From positions 67,344-131,343 of the forward strand of contig JAKAXE010000001.1 in the NCBI GenBank assembly GCA_021816695.1: a stretch of 64,000 nt of DNA, in the 5' to 3' direction. This document shows positions 36,390 to 45,351 of the stretch, piece after piece. The number at the start of each line of letters is the position of its first letter. Within the stretch, counting starts at the first letter, position 1. Under the pieces are notes generated by a model that worked only from the letters and a program-made list of their open reading frames with translations, ran no database searches and had not been told where the DNA came from. Made by a program: the position numbers and the translations under genes. The stretch is from a bacterium. GTDB taxonomy: Bacteria; Chloroflexota; Dormibacteria; Aeolococcales; Bog-877.

Positions 36390-38525
36390 TCACTCCACCT
36401 GGCCGAAGGCCTTGATCTCCTCCGCCTCTTCCGCACTGAGCTCCCGCGGGGCCTGGCCACTGCTCAGCTTCTGGCTCTGGACGTGGTGCCGAATGTCGTC
36501 GACGATCTCGGGATTCGCCAGGGTGGTCGTGTCCCCAACGTCGGTGAAGTTGGAGATGCCCGCGATCACCCGGCGCATGATCTTGCCGGAGCGGGTCTTG
36601 GGCATGTCCGGAACGATCCAGACGTTCTTGGGGCGGGCGATCTTCCCGATTTCCGTTTCGATGGCCATCGAGACCTTCTCCTCCACCTCCTTGCTGGCCA
36701 CGATCCCCGGCTTCAAGGAGACATACATCTCCACCGCTCGCCCTCGGAGCTCGTCCACGACCGGCACCGCCGCCGCCTCCGCCACCTCCGGCACGGTGAT
36801 GGTGGCCGACTCCAACTCCTTGGTCCCCAGGCGGTGGCCGGCTACGTTGATCACGTCATCGACGCGCCCGAGGATGCGAAAGTAGCCGTCGGCCGCCTGG
36901 ACCGCTCCGTCTCCGGAGAAGTAGGGCCAGTCGCGCCAGTCGGTGCTCTTGGGGTTCCGGCAGTACTTCTGGTAGTAGATCTGGACGAACCGCTCCGGCT
37001 GGCCCCAGATAGTCTGGAAGATCCCCGGCCACGGGTTGCGGATGCACATATTGCCCGCCCGACCGCTGCCCGCCTCCACGACCTCTCGGTTCTCGTCGTA
37101 GATGACCGGGTAGACGCCCAACACACCTGGGCCGCAGCTCCCTGGCTTCATCGCTTGGAGGGCTGGGAGGGTGCTCCCCAGGAAGCCCCCGTTCTCGGTC
37201 TGCCACCAGGTGTCGACGATCACCGCCTCGCCCTTGCCCACCACCTCGTGGTACCAGCGCCAGACCTCGGGCTCTATCGGCTCACCGACCGTGGTCATGT
37301 GCTTGAAGTGGTAGTTGTACTTCCGAGGCTCGTCTGGACCGACCTTGCGCAGCATCCGGATGGTGGTGGGGGCGGTGTGGAAGATGTTCACCCCCAGCCG
37401 TTCAGCGATGCGCCAGGGGCGTCCGGGGTCGGGATAGGTGGGAACCCCCTCGTACATCACCGATGTGGCCCCCAGCGCCAACGGGCCGTAGACGATGTAG
37501 GAGTGGCCGGTGATCCACCCGATGTCGGCGAAGCACCAGTAGGTGTCTTCGGGATGGATGTCCTGGTAGTACTTGGAAGTTCCCGTGACGTAGGCGAGGT
37601 AGCCTCCGGTGCTGTGCTGGGCCCCCTTGGGCCGGCCGGTCGTGCCGCTGGTGTACATCAGGAACAAGGGCGCTTCGGCCGGCATCGAAACCGGCTCGAC
37701 CACTGCCCCCCGGTAGCGGGGGAGCAGCTCGTCGATGAAGAAGTCGCGGCCCTCCACCATCGGGCTCTTGGACGCGTACTGCCCGGGATGGCGGAGCCAG
37801 ACCAGGACCTTGTCGACCTCCTGGCCGTCCTGGCGGGCTCGATCCAGCGCCTGGTCGGCCTTCACCTTGTGGTCGCCGAGCTCGCCATTGCGGTAGTACC
37901 CGTCCATGGTGATCAGGATCCGGCTGCCGGAGTCCGCGATCCTATCCCCGCAGGCGGCGCCGCTGAAGCCCCCGAACACCTCCGAGTGGATCACCCCGAG
38001 TCGGGCCAGGGCCAGCATGGTCACGGGCAGCTCGGGGGTCATCGGCAGGTGCAGGGTGACCCGGTCACCGGTCTTGACCCCGGCGAAGTCCCGCAGCAGG
38101 GCGGCCATCTCGTTCACCTGCCGGTACAGCTCCTGGTAGGTGATGGCCCGGGTCTCCTGCTCCTCCGGCTCCGGGACCCAGATGATGGCTGCCTTGTTGC
38201 GCATCGTGGGGAGATGCCGGTCCACGCAGTTGTAGCAGGCGTTGAGCTTGCCCCCCACGAACCACTTCCAGAAGGGCGGGTTGCTGGTGTCCAGGGTGGT
38301 GTGCCAGTAGGAGTCCCAGCTCAGTAGGTCGGCGTACTCCTTGAAGCACTCCGGGAAGTGCTCCTCCTTGAACCTTTCCAGGATCGCCGGGTCGGCTGCG
38401 TTGGCCTGCCCGATGAACCGGGCGGGGGGCTGGATGTACTCCTCCTCCCGCCAGTGGACGGCGATCTGAGCCTCCGATACCTGAGCTGTGTCCTCTTCCA
38501 CTGCCATGGTGCCCCTCCGGCGCAA
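36390..38525 (-). CDS. acs: Acetyl-CoA synthetase (AMP-forming)
   Basis: Full-length Acs pattern: N-terminal ACAS domain, YTSGTTGRPKG AMP-binding motif and the C-terminal lysine region PKTRSGKIMRR. Confidence 0.95.
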   Translation of the reverse strand: MRRRGTMAVEEDTAQVSEAQIAVHWREEEYIQPPARFIGQANAADPAILERFKEEHFPECFKEYADLLSWDSYWHTTLDTSNPPFWKWFVGGKLNACYNCVDRHLPTMRNKAAIIWVPEPEEQETRAITYQELYRQVNEMAALLRDFAGVKTGDRVTLHLPMTPELPVTMLALARLGVIHSEVFGGFSGAACGDRIADSGSRILITMDGYYRNGELGDHKVKADQALDRARQDGQEVDKVLVWLRHPGQYASKSPMVEGRDFFIDELLPRYRGAVVEPVSMPAEAPLFLMYTSGTTGRPKGAQHSTGGYLAYVTGTSKYYQDIHPEDTYWCFADIGWITGHSYIVYGPLALGATSVMYEGVPTYPDPGRPWRIAERLGVNIFHTAPTTIRMLRKVGPDEPRKYNYHFKHMTTVGEPIEPEVWRWYHEVVGKGEAVIVDTWWQTENGGFLGSTLPALQAMKPGSCGPGVLGVYPVIYDENREVVEAGSGRAGNMCIRNPWPGIFQTIWGQPERFVQIYYQKYCRNPKSTDWRDWPYFSGDGAVQAADGYFRILGRVDDVINVAGHRLGTKELESATITVPEVAEAAAVPVVDELRGRAVEMYVSLKPGIVASKEVEEKVSMAIETEIGKIARPKNVWIVPDMPKTRSGKIMRRVIAGISNFTDVGDTTTLANPEIVDDIRHHVQSQKLSSGQAPRELSAEEAEEIKAFGQVE

Positions 38526-38532
38526 ACGCCGA

Positions 38533-39234
38533 CTACCCCTTATGAGCCATGAGTCTACCCAACTTCTCGGTTGGGTGTCGAGGGTTGTCGTCCTCGGGAC
38601 GCTCCCGTCTTACCCTGGAGTCGGTGCCGGGAGAGGAGGTGGGCGGGTCTGCGGACACTGGAGGAAGACCGTAGACCAGGGCCTCACCCACGACGACCAC
38701 GCCCGCGGTGGGGACGTGGGGGCTCAGGTGCCCACGATGATCGAGATGCAGGACGGGGACTTTCCCCACCAGCACTACATAATCCGCGAGGAGGCGCCGG
38801 TGACAGCGCCACCAGAGAGTTTCAGCGCACATGACCGCGGTGGTCCGCTCGCGCGCCCCCTCCAGCAGCCTCTCCACGGACGCGACGAAGGCCGGCGTCT
38901 CCATGTAATCGGCGTAGGAGCGGAACGCCGGATGGCGGAGGCCGAGGTGGGCTGAGGTGGGCTTTCCCCGCCGGAATCCACCGAGGCCGGTGTCCCATCG
39001 GTAGCCTACCCCGGCGCGCGGCACCCACTCCTCCAGGGCCTGGCGGGCAAATTGTGGGTTGTGTCGGCTGCCGGGGACGCTCCGTATGTCAACCAGGGCT
39101 TGGATCCCGGCCCCCTTCACCATCTTGAGGAACTCGGCCTGCGTTGCGGTTCCGTGGCCCACAGTGAGCAGCGCAGGGGGGACATCTGGGGTCCTCTCCA
39201 CCGTCGGCGCGTCACCCCGGAACTGGCTCGCCAT
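38533..39234 (-). CDS. DUF488-family protein
   Basis: LLTVGHGT...MCAETLWWRCHRRLLADY pattern characteristic of DUF488. Confidence 0.65.
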   Translation of the reverse strand: MASQFRGDAPTVERTPDVPPALLTVGHGTATQAEFLKMVKGAGIQALVDIRSVPGSRHNPQFARQALEEWVPRAGVGYRWDTGLGGFRRGKPTSAHLGLRHPAFRSYADYMETPAFVASVERLLEGARERTTAVMCAETLWWRCHRRLLADYVVLVGKVPVLHLDHRGHLSPHVPTAGVVVVGEALVYGLPPVSADPPTSSPGTDSRVRRERPEDDNPRHPTEKLGRLMAHKG

Positions 39235-39252
39235 CCGCCGGCCCTGGGTAGG

Positions 39253-39915
39253 TCATCCGGCAGCCCCACGCCCGCCACGCCGTACTTCGTACGCGTCCAG
39301 GTACTCCATGACCCGGGCGACCTCCCTGCTGAACTCAGGCTCGAAGCCCGCCCTCTCGAGAAGGTGGAAGCCCAGCTCCATGCCTGAGCTTATCCCCGCC
39401 GCGGTCACGATCCGCCCGGCATCCACGACCCGGTCCCGGCTGATGACCGTCCGGGGAGCCAGCCGTGCCAGGCGGTCAATCGGGACCATGCCACGAGCGC
39501 TGAGTTCCTGGGGGTCCCCTTCCTTGCGAGCCGTGGCGGCCAGCCCGTCGAGCAGGCCCATCTGGGCATAGACCCATGGCCCGGTGCACAGAGCGGCCAG
39601 GATGGTGGTTTCGGGAAGGGCACGGATGAACTGATGCAGATGACGGTTGTACATCTCCTGGCGCGTCCCGGCCCCACCCGGGATGAGGAAGGCATCCATC
39701 GCGGGGTCGTCGGCAAAACAGTAGTTGGGCAGCACGGTGAACCCCGCCTGCGCTACGACTGGTCGCATCGACTCGGCGATGAGGAAGACGTCCAGGCTCG
39801 GCTCCCAGCGCCTGGCCACCGAGAAGACCCCGAAGGGAGCGGTGAAGTCGACGATCTCCGCCTCCTCGAAGACGTAGATGCCGAGCCGGAAGCCCTTGGG
39901 GTCCTTGTCAGCCAT
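39253..39915 (-). CDS. DJ-1/PfpI-family protein (class I glutamine amidotransferase-like fold)
   Basis: Nucleophile-elbow cysteine context (ILAALCTGPW) and 220 aa. Confidence 0.75.
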   Translation of the reverse strand: MADKDPKGFRLGIYVFEEAEIVDFTAPFGVFSVARRWEPSLDVFLIAESMRPVVAQAGFTVLPNYCFADDPAMDAFLIPGGAGTRQEMYNRHLHQFIRALPETTILAALCTGPWVYAQMGLLDGLAATARKEGDPQELSARGMVPIDRLARLAPRTVISRDRVVDAGRIVTAAGISSGMELGFHLLERAGFEPEFSREVARVMEYLDAYEVRRGGRGAAG

Positions 39916-39981
39916 TGGCCGGCCTCACCCCGTGTTGGGGGTCCCGGCCCGCACCCGGCGGGCACGACGGTGCCGCAGGTC

Positions 39982-40647
39982 TCACGGCCCCGCCAAGGCC
40001 GAGCGGCCACACAAGGCCAGGAACTCGCGGCGGAGGCCCGGGTCCTGGTCGTAGCTCCCGCGCCAGAAGGTGGTCTTGGTGCTCGACTGAAGCTCGCGCA
40101 CTCCTCTCATCTGAGTGCACATGTGGGTGCCCTCGAGGTATACCGCGATCCCGTGCGCCCCCAGCGTCGTGTCCAGGAAGTCGACTATCTCCTGGCCCAG
40201 TCGCTCCTGCACCGTGAAACGGCGAGCGTACAGCCGGACCACCCTGGTCAGCTTGGAGAGCCCGATGATGTCCTGGTGGGCGATGTAGCCCACGTGCGCC
40301 CGCCCGTAGAAGGGCAAGGCGTGATGCTCGCAGAGCGAGAAGTAGGGGATCGGTCCCTCCACCACCTGGGCGATGCGGCAGTCCGGCCCGCCCCGGCACT
40401 CGGTCGGGAAGGTGGTGATGAGCTTCGGGTCTCCGTCGTACCCACTGGTGGCGTCGTGAATCGCGGCCAGAAACCGTTCCGGGGTGCGGCGGGTTCCGGG
40501 CCGGTCCGGGGGCAACCCCAGGGCTTCGAAGATCTCCGCGAGGTAGCCCTGGAAGCGTTCCTTCTGTGCCGGGGTCAGCCGCCCGTGGCGGCTCCCCTTT
40601 GGCTCCGCCTGGCCCCCCACGCTGGCCGTCTCAGGCCGCAGTGCCAT
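39982..40647 (-). CDS. folE: GTP cyclohydrolase I
   Basis: FSLCEHHALPFYG zinc/active-site motif and 221 aa. Confidence 0.9.
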   Translation of the reverse strand: MALRPETASVGGQAEPKGSRHGRLTPAQKERFQGYLAEIFEALGLPPDRPGTRRTPERFLAAIHDATSGYDGDPKLITTFPTECRGGPDCRIAQVVEGPIPYFSLCEHHALPFYGRAHVGYIAHQDIIGLSKLTRVVRLYARRFTVQERLGQEIVDFLDTTLGAHGIAVYLEGTHMCTQMRGVRELQSSTKTTFWRGSYDQDPGLRREFLALCGRSALAGP

Positions 40648-41323
40648 CGGCTCCGTCCTCTTCGAGAGTCTCCAGGCTGAAGACGCAGCCTCCGGCGTGG
40701 CAACGGAAGGGGGTGACGTGGCCGCGGAGGGGGCTTCCCGCGAGCACCCCCTCGATCAGGCCGGCATGGAGGTTCGGCACCAGGGCTGGCTCGGCCGCGC
40801 AGGCGTCTCTGAAGGCGCACCGCTCGACCACCACCTGTCCGGGTGGGTCCAGGTGGAGCCGGTCACCCAGCGTGACCAGGGGCTCGAGCCATTCGCCCGG
40901 TGAGCCCTCGGTACGTGCCAGAGATCTTCCCAGCCGGACGGCACTATCGCGGGCGGCCGCCTGGCCCCGAGCTCCGAACTCCCGGACGGTCTCGGAGAGC
41001 ACGCGCAAGGCGGTGAGCAGGCCGTGGGCCGGGGGCTCGTTGGGAGGAGGCTCGGGGGCCAGCCGGTATGTCTTGGTGGGCCGTCCGCGGGTGCCGCGGC
41101 GCAGCCCGGTGGCCAGGTAGCCCAGGCCGACCAGCTTCTCCAGGTGGGCGTAGGCCACAGAGCGGTGCACCCCGGCCAAGGTCACCACCTGGTCCACCGT
41201 CCGAGGCCGCGGATCGCTGTAGAAGGAGAACAGGATCCCCTTTCGGGTGGGGTCTTGGAGTGCGAGGACCATCCGCTCGGTCGCCTCTCGAGGTTCCACA
41301 GCGGTAGTATACTGCTCTTCCAC
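40631..41323 (-). CDS. Winged-HTH (ArsR/TrmB-like) transcriptional regulator with C-terminal Cys/His domain
   Basis: GTG start at 41323. wHTH region is TVDQVVTLAGVHRSVAYAHLEKLVGLGYLA. C-terminal domain motif is ERCAFRDAC...HAGLIEGVL...RCHAGGC. Paralogous to the regulator at 58390-59073. Confidence 0.6.
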   Translation of the reverse strand: MEEQYTTAVEPREATERMVLALQDPTRKGILFSFYSDPRPRTVDQVVTLAGVHRSVAYAHLEKLVGLGYLATGLRRGTRGRPTKTYRLAPEPPPNEPPAHGLLTALRVLSETVREFGARGQAAARDSAVRLGRSLARTEGSPGEWLEPLVTLGDRLHLDPPGQVVVERCAFRDACAAEPALVPNLHAGLIEGVLAGSPLRGHVTPFRCHAGGCVFSLETLEEDGADGTAA

Positions 41324-41387
41324 GATATGAATGGTGTAAAAGCTATCAATCAGCCCGGGGGTTCACCCCGGCTGGCCAGGGGTTGCC

Positions 41388-42281
41388 GTGGCTGAGCCGT
41401 GGTTCGACCGGCTGGTCCGGAGCCAGAGCTGGCTCGACCCGGTGGGGGGATTGGTCCAGGCCTCGCTCAAGAGCACCTTCACGGCTCTCGGCCCGCCGGG
41501 CGGCTTGGTCCGCGACCTGCTGCATGGTTCCAAGGGGTTGGGGCACCCGCTCCACCCCGCTCTCACAGACCTTCCGCTAGGCGCCTGGGGGGCCGGAGTG
41601 GCTCTGGACTACACCGCCCACTTCGACCCGAAGCTGGGCACACAAGCCGGCGACGCGGCCCTGGCGGTGGGCCTCCTGGTGGGAGTGGCGGCCGCCATCA
41701 CGGGCTTGACCGACTCGCAGGACACCTTCGGGCAGGAGTTGCGGGTCAACATGCTGCACGGCCTGACCATGGCGACAGCGCTCCTGCTTATGGCCGCTTC
41801 CCTGGGCCTGCGGTGGTGGTCCTCCTTCGCCTGGCATCCCTTGGCGCTGGGACTGTCGACGGCCGGCCTGGCGGTGGCCATGGCCGGCATGTACGCGGGC
41901 GGCCACCTCACCTTCGGTCTCGGGACCATGGTCAACCGAAGTGCCTTCCTGAGCGGGCCGACCAGCTTCACCAGCCTCGGCATGAGCAGCGACTTCCCTG
42001 AAGGGGAGCTGTGCCCTGTTGAGGCCGACGGGATGCGGGTGGTGGTGGCCCGGGTCCAGGGGCAGCTGTGTGCCCTGAGCGCCGTCTGTTCCCACGCGGG
42101 AGGGCCCCTCGCCGAGGGGAGGCTTCAGGGGAGTGTGGTCACCTGCCCCTGGCATGGCTCCCAATTCGACCTGAAGGACGGAAGGGTGCTGCGGGGACCT
42201 GCCACCTTCCCCCAGCCGCGGTTGGTGATTCAGGAGCGGGACGGCATCGTCGAGGGGCGTCTGGCACACCCGGTGCCATAG
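41388..42281 (+). CDS. Membrane-anchored Rieske [2Fe-2S] protein
   Basis: N-terminal 4-5 TM region followed by a Rieske domain with CSHAGGPL ... CPWHGSQF (CxH...CxxH). Confidence 0.75.
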   Translation: MAEPWFDRLVRSQSWLDPVGGLVQASLKSTFTALGPPGGLVRDLLHGSKGLGHPLHPALTDLPLGAWGAGVALDYTAHFDPKLGTQAGDAALAVGLLVGVAAAITGLTDSQDTFGQELRVNMLHGLTMATALLLMAASLGLRWWSSFAWHPLALGLSTAGLAVAMAGMYAGGHLTFGLGTMVNRSAFLSGPTSFTSLGMSSDFPEGELCPVEADGMRVVVARVQGQLCALSAVCSHAGGPLAEGRLQGSVVTCPWHGSQFDLKDGRVLRGPATFPQPRLVIQERDGIVEGRLAHPVP

Positions 42282-42301
42282 GCGGCGAAGGAGGACTGGG
42301 G

Positions 42302-42481
42302 ATGAGTGAACGTGTGCAGCCACATGCGGTGGAGGGAGCGGCGCATGTGGTGGTCGACCAGGGGATGCGACGCTGGTATGAGTCCTGCCCCTGCTGCCTG
42401 AGCGCCGCCTACCCGGAGGTGAAGCGGACCCTCGACCTCGAGCGAGCGGACCGCCGGGAGAGGACGGATGGCCACGGCTAG
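42302..42481 (+). CDS. Small hypothetical Cys-containing protein (about 59 aa)
   Basis: ATG at 42302 (MSERVQPHAV...WYESCPCCLSAAYPEV). Sits directly after the Rieske gene. Could be spurious. Confidence 0.2.
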   Translation: MSERVQPHAVEGAAHVVVDQGMRRWYESCPCCLSAAYPEVKRTLDLERADRRERTDGHG

Positions 42482-43592
42482 GGCTGTGCCCGTGGGCCGG
42501 GCAGTCCGGCCGCTGGACTGGGTGCGCCGAGCCGGGCAGTCGCTCTGGCTGGACAACCTGGACCGAACCCAACTCCGGAACGGGACGCTGGCCAGATGGG
42601 TGGAGGATCTCGGGCTGAGCGGCCTGACGTCCAACCCCTCGATCCTGGCCCGGGCCCTCACCGAGGGTCAGGCGCACGACGGCTCGATGATGATCTTCCT
42701 GAGGCGACAGGTCACCGACCCCCAGGAACTCGTCTATGCGGTGGCCTCGGAGGACCTGCTCGGGGCCGCCACGCTCTTCCTCCCCATCCACCAGCGCAGC
42801 CGCGGTGGGGACGGGTACGTCTCCCTGGAGATCCCTCCCGACCTCGCTCACGACTACCAGAAGACCCTGGCCTGGGGCCGACGACTCTCCGAGCAGGCCG
42901 GGATCCCGAACCTCCTGATCAAAGTGCCGGGCACCAGTGCCGGACTTGCGGCCGCCGAGGAGCTGATGGCTGGCGGGGTAGGGGTCAACCTGACCCTTTT
43001 GTTCTCGGAGACCCATTACCTGGGGGCAGCGGGCGCTCATCTCCGAGCCCTGGAGAGACGCAGGGTAGCGGGGCTCCCGCTTAACGTGCCCTCGGTGGCC
43101 TCCCTCTTCGTGTCCCGCTGGGATGGCGCAGCCGACACCCAGCTGCCGGAACGGCTCCAGCATCAGCTCGGCCTGGCGATGGCCCGTAGGGTTCTGGCCG
43201 CCTATCGATCGATCCTAGCCAGCCAGCGTTGGACGGAGCTGGCGGCCCTGGGTGCACTGCCCCAGCGGCTGCTGTGGGCTTCCACCTCCACCAAGGACGG
43301 CCGGCTGCCGGCGACGTACTATGCGGCCGCGCTGGTGGCGGGAGGCACGATCGACACCATGCCGGAGGTGACTCTCCTCGCCCTGGCCTCCGGCCCGGAG
43401 GGCTCCCCCATGGAGGAGCCCACCTCCGGAGCCGACCGGGTGATTGGGGAGGTGGAGGCCTGCGGGCTCGATGTCGACACCCTCGGCGAGTCCCTGCAGG
43501 CCCAGGGAGTCGAGCGTTTCGCCCGAGACTGGAAGACTCTGCTGGACGCCGTCGGCGAGAAGGCGGCCCAGCTGCGCTCGAGCCTACCTTGA
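42468..43592 (+). CDS. tal: Transaldolase (long actinobacterial type)
   Basis: SLWLDNLDR and TSNPSILARAL signatures, plus the catalytic Lys region (LIKVPGTSAG), 374 aa. Confidence 0.9.
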   Translation: MATARAVPVGRAVRPLDWVRRAGQSLWLDNLDRTQLRNGTLARWVEDLGLSGLTSNPSILARALTEGQAHDGSMMIFLRRQVTDPQELVYAVASEDLLGAATLFLPIHQRSRGGDGYVSLEIPPDLAHDYQKTLAWGRRLSEQAGIPNLLIKVPGTSAGLAAAEELMAGGVGVNLTLLFSETHYLGAAGAHLRALERRRVAGLPLNVPSVASLFVSRWDGAADTQLPERLQHQLGLAMARRVLAAYRSILASQRWTELAALGALPQRLLWASTSTKDGRLPATYYAAALVAGGTIDTMPEVTLLALASGPEGSPMEEPTSGADRVIGEVEACGLDVDTLGESLQAQGVERFARDWKTLLDAVGEKAAQLRSSLP

Positions 43593-43789
43593 CGGCCACA
43601 GGAAGGCCGCCGGGGGAGTCCCTCCGCCCGCCGTCGCAGAGCGGTCGGGACCACGAGGCCTCCTCGCCTGCGGCGGACGCGGCGGACGAGGCCGGCGACC
43701 CCGCCTGCTGGGCCGGGCTGCTCTGCCCCGACTGCGGGGCGGTGCTGAGAGAAGGCCACCAACCGGGGTGTGCCAGTTGGGAGTCGGGA

Positions 43790-44301
43790 TGAACGGCGAG
43801 GAGATCGCCCACGACCAAAGGGCTGCCGCTCAGTCCCGGGCCGGACAGCCGGCGCGCCTCGACTACTCGAAGGTGTTGCCGGCGGCGGTGCAGGCGATGG
43901 CCGGCCTGGAGCAGGTGGTGCACTCCTCGACCCTGGAGCCGGAGCTGCTCGAACTGGTCAAGGTGCGAGCGTCCCAGATCAATAGCTGCGGCTACTGCCT
44001 GGACATGCACACCAAGGACGCGGCGGCGCTGGGGATTGAGCCCCAGCGGCTGCACCTGGTGGCCGCCTGGCAGGAGGCGCCCATCTACTCAGATCGCGAG
44101 CGGGCAGCCCTCCTTTGGTGTGAGGCGCTCACGCTGCTGCCGGGATCGGGGGCTCCGGACCCGGCCTACCGGGAGGTGGCGGCCAACTTCTCGCCTGAGG
44201 AGGTGATCTCGCTCACCCTCGCCATCGTGGCCATCAACGGCTGGAACCGCCTGGCGGTGGGGTTCCGCACCCCCGTGGGCAGTTACCAGCGCAGGGGATG
44301 A
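43790..44301 (+). CDS. Carboxymuconolactone decarboxylase-family (AhpD-like) protein
   Basis: ATG at 43790 (MNGEEIAH...). AhpD-like motif region INSCGYCLDMHT (CxxC...H). Confidence 0.8.
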
Positions 44302-44304
44302 CCG

Positions 44305-45351
44305 GTGCCAACTCTCCCGGGTGCCGGGACGGCCGGCCTGCGCATCGGGACGGAGGAAGCTTCCTCCTGGCGCTGGCGGACCACTGGCCCGGGGTCGGCC
44401 ACGACCCTCATCGAGCTGCCTGAGAAGGCCCCGTTCCGGCTCGACCTCACCGTTTGGACCTTGAGGCGCCGCGGGCACAACCAGGTCGATCAGTACGACG
44501 GGACCTGGTACCGGCGGCTCCTGGCTGTCGACGGAGCCGCGGTGGGCGTGGCGGTGCGCCAGCTCGGCCCCAGGCTCGAGATAGTCGCGCGAGGTGAGCC
44601 CCAGGCGGTTTCTCCGGAAGCCCTCCACCTGGTGGGCGTCACCCTGGTGGACATACTGGGGCTCGGCAAGGAGCTTGCCGGCTTCTACCGGGTGCGGAAG
44701 GAGCCATGGCTGGAAGAGCTGGCCCGACGCTTCCGGGGCATGCGCCCACCGCGCTTTCCCAGTGTCTTCGAGGCCGCGGTGAATGCCGTGGTCTGCCAGC
44801 AGCTCAGCCTTGTCGTCGGCATTCACCTGCTCAACCGGCTCGCCGCCCGGTTTGGCACCCGGCCGCCACGGGCCATAGACGGCTGGGGTCCCGGGGCACC
44901 GGAGATGGGACGCATCGCCGGTGCCGACTGGCAGTCGCTGCGGGAGCTCGGCTTGAGCGGCTCCAAGTCAAGGTCTCTGGTGGCCATCGCTCAGGCTCTG
45001 AGCGGTGCGGACTTCGCCTCCGAGGCCCTGGCGGCGATGCCGGACCAACAGCTGGAGGAGAGGCTCCGCTCCCTGCCGGGGATCGGGCGCTGGAGCGCCC
45101 AGTATGTGATGCTCCGCGGGCTGGGTCGCTGGTCGATCCTCCCCGGCGACGACGTGGGTGCCCAGAACGCTCTGCGCCGGCGCTTCCAGCTTCCGGGACG
45201 GCCCGGGTACGAGGAGGTCCAGGAGCTCGCCCAAGCCTGGCGCCCGTACGCGGGTCTGGTCTACTTCCACCTTCTCCTCGCGGGACTCGAGATGGGCGAG
45301 TCAGGGCGGCTGAGCCGGGAGGAGACGGAAGCCGGGGTGGCGGGGCGGTGA
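44305..45351 (+). CDS. HhH-GPD DNA glycosylase, AlkA-like (DNA-3-methyladenine glycosylase II)
   Basis: N-terminal AlkA-like domain. HhH-GPD region LRSLPGIGRWSAQYVMLRGLG with the catalytic Asp context (PGDDVG). Confidence 0.7.
   Translation: MPTLPGAGTAGLRIGTEEASSWRWRTTGPGSATTLIELPEKAPFRLDLTVWTLRRRGHNQVDQYDGTWYRRLLAVDGAAVGVAVRQLGPRLEIVARGEPQAVSPEALHLVGVTLVDILGLGKELAGFYRVRKEPWLEELARRFRGMRPPRFPSVFEAAVNAVVCQQLSLVVGIHLLNRLAARFGTRPPRAIDGWGPGAPEMGRIAGADWQSLRELGLSGSKSRSLVAIAQALSGADFASEALAAMPDQQLEERLRSLPGIGRWSAQYVMLRGLGRWSILPGDDVGAQNALRRRFQLPGRPGYEEVQELAQAWRPYAGLVYFHLLLAGLEMGESGRLSREETEAGVAGR

Noticed and set aside
44706-45346. N-terminal 214 aa of the 1166-aa track ORF
   Set aside because: Out-of-frame read-through across the AlkA-like gene. 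Aconitase homology begins at the GTG at 45347, which forms a GTGA overlap with the glycosylase stop.
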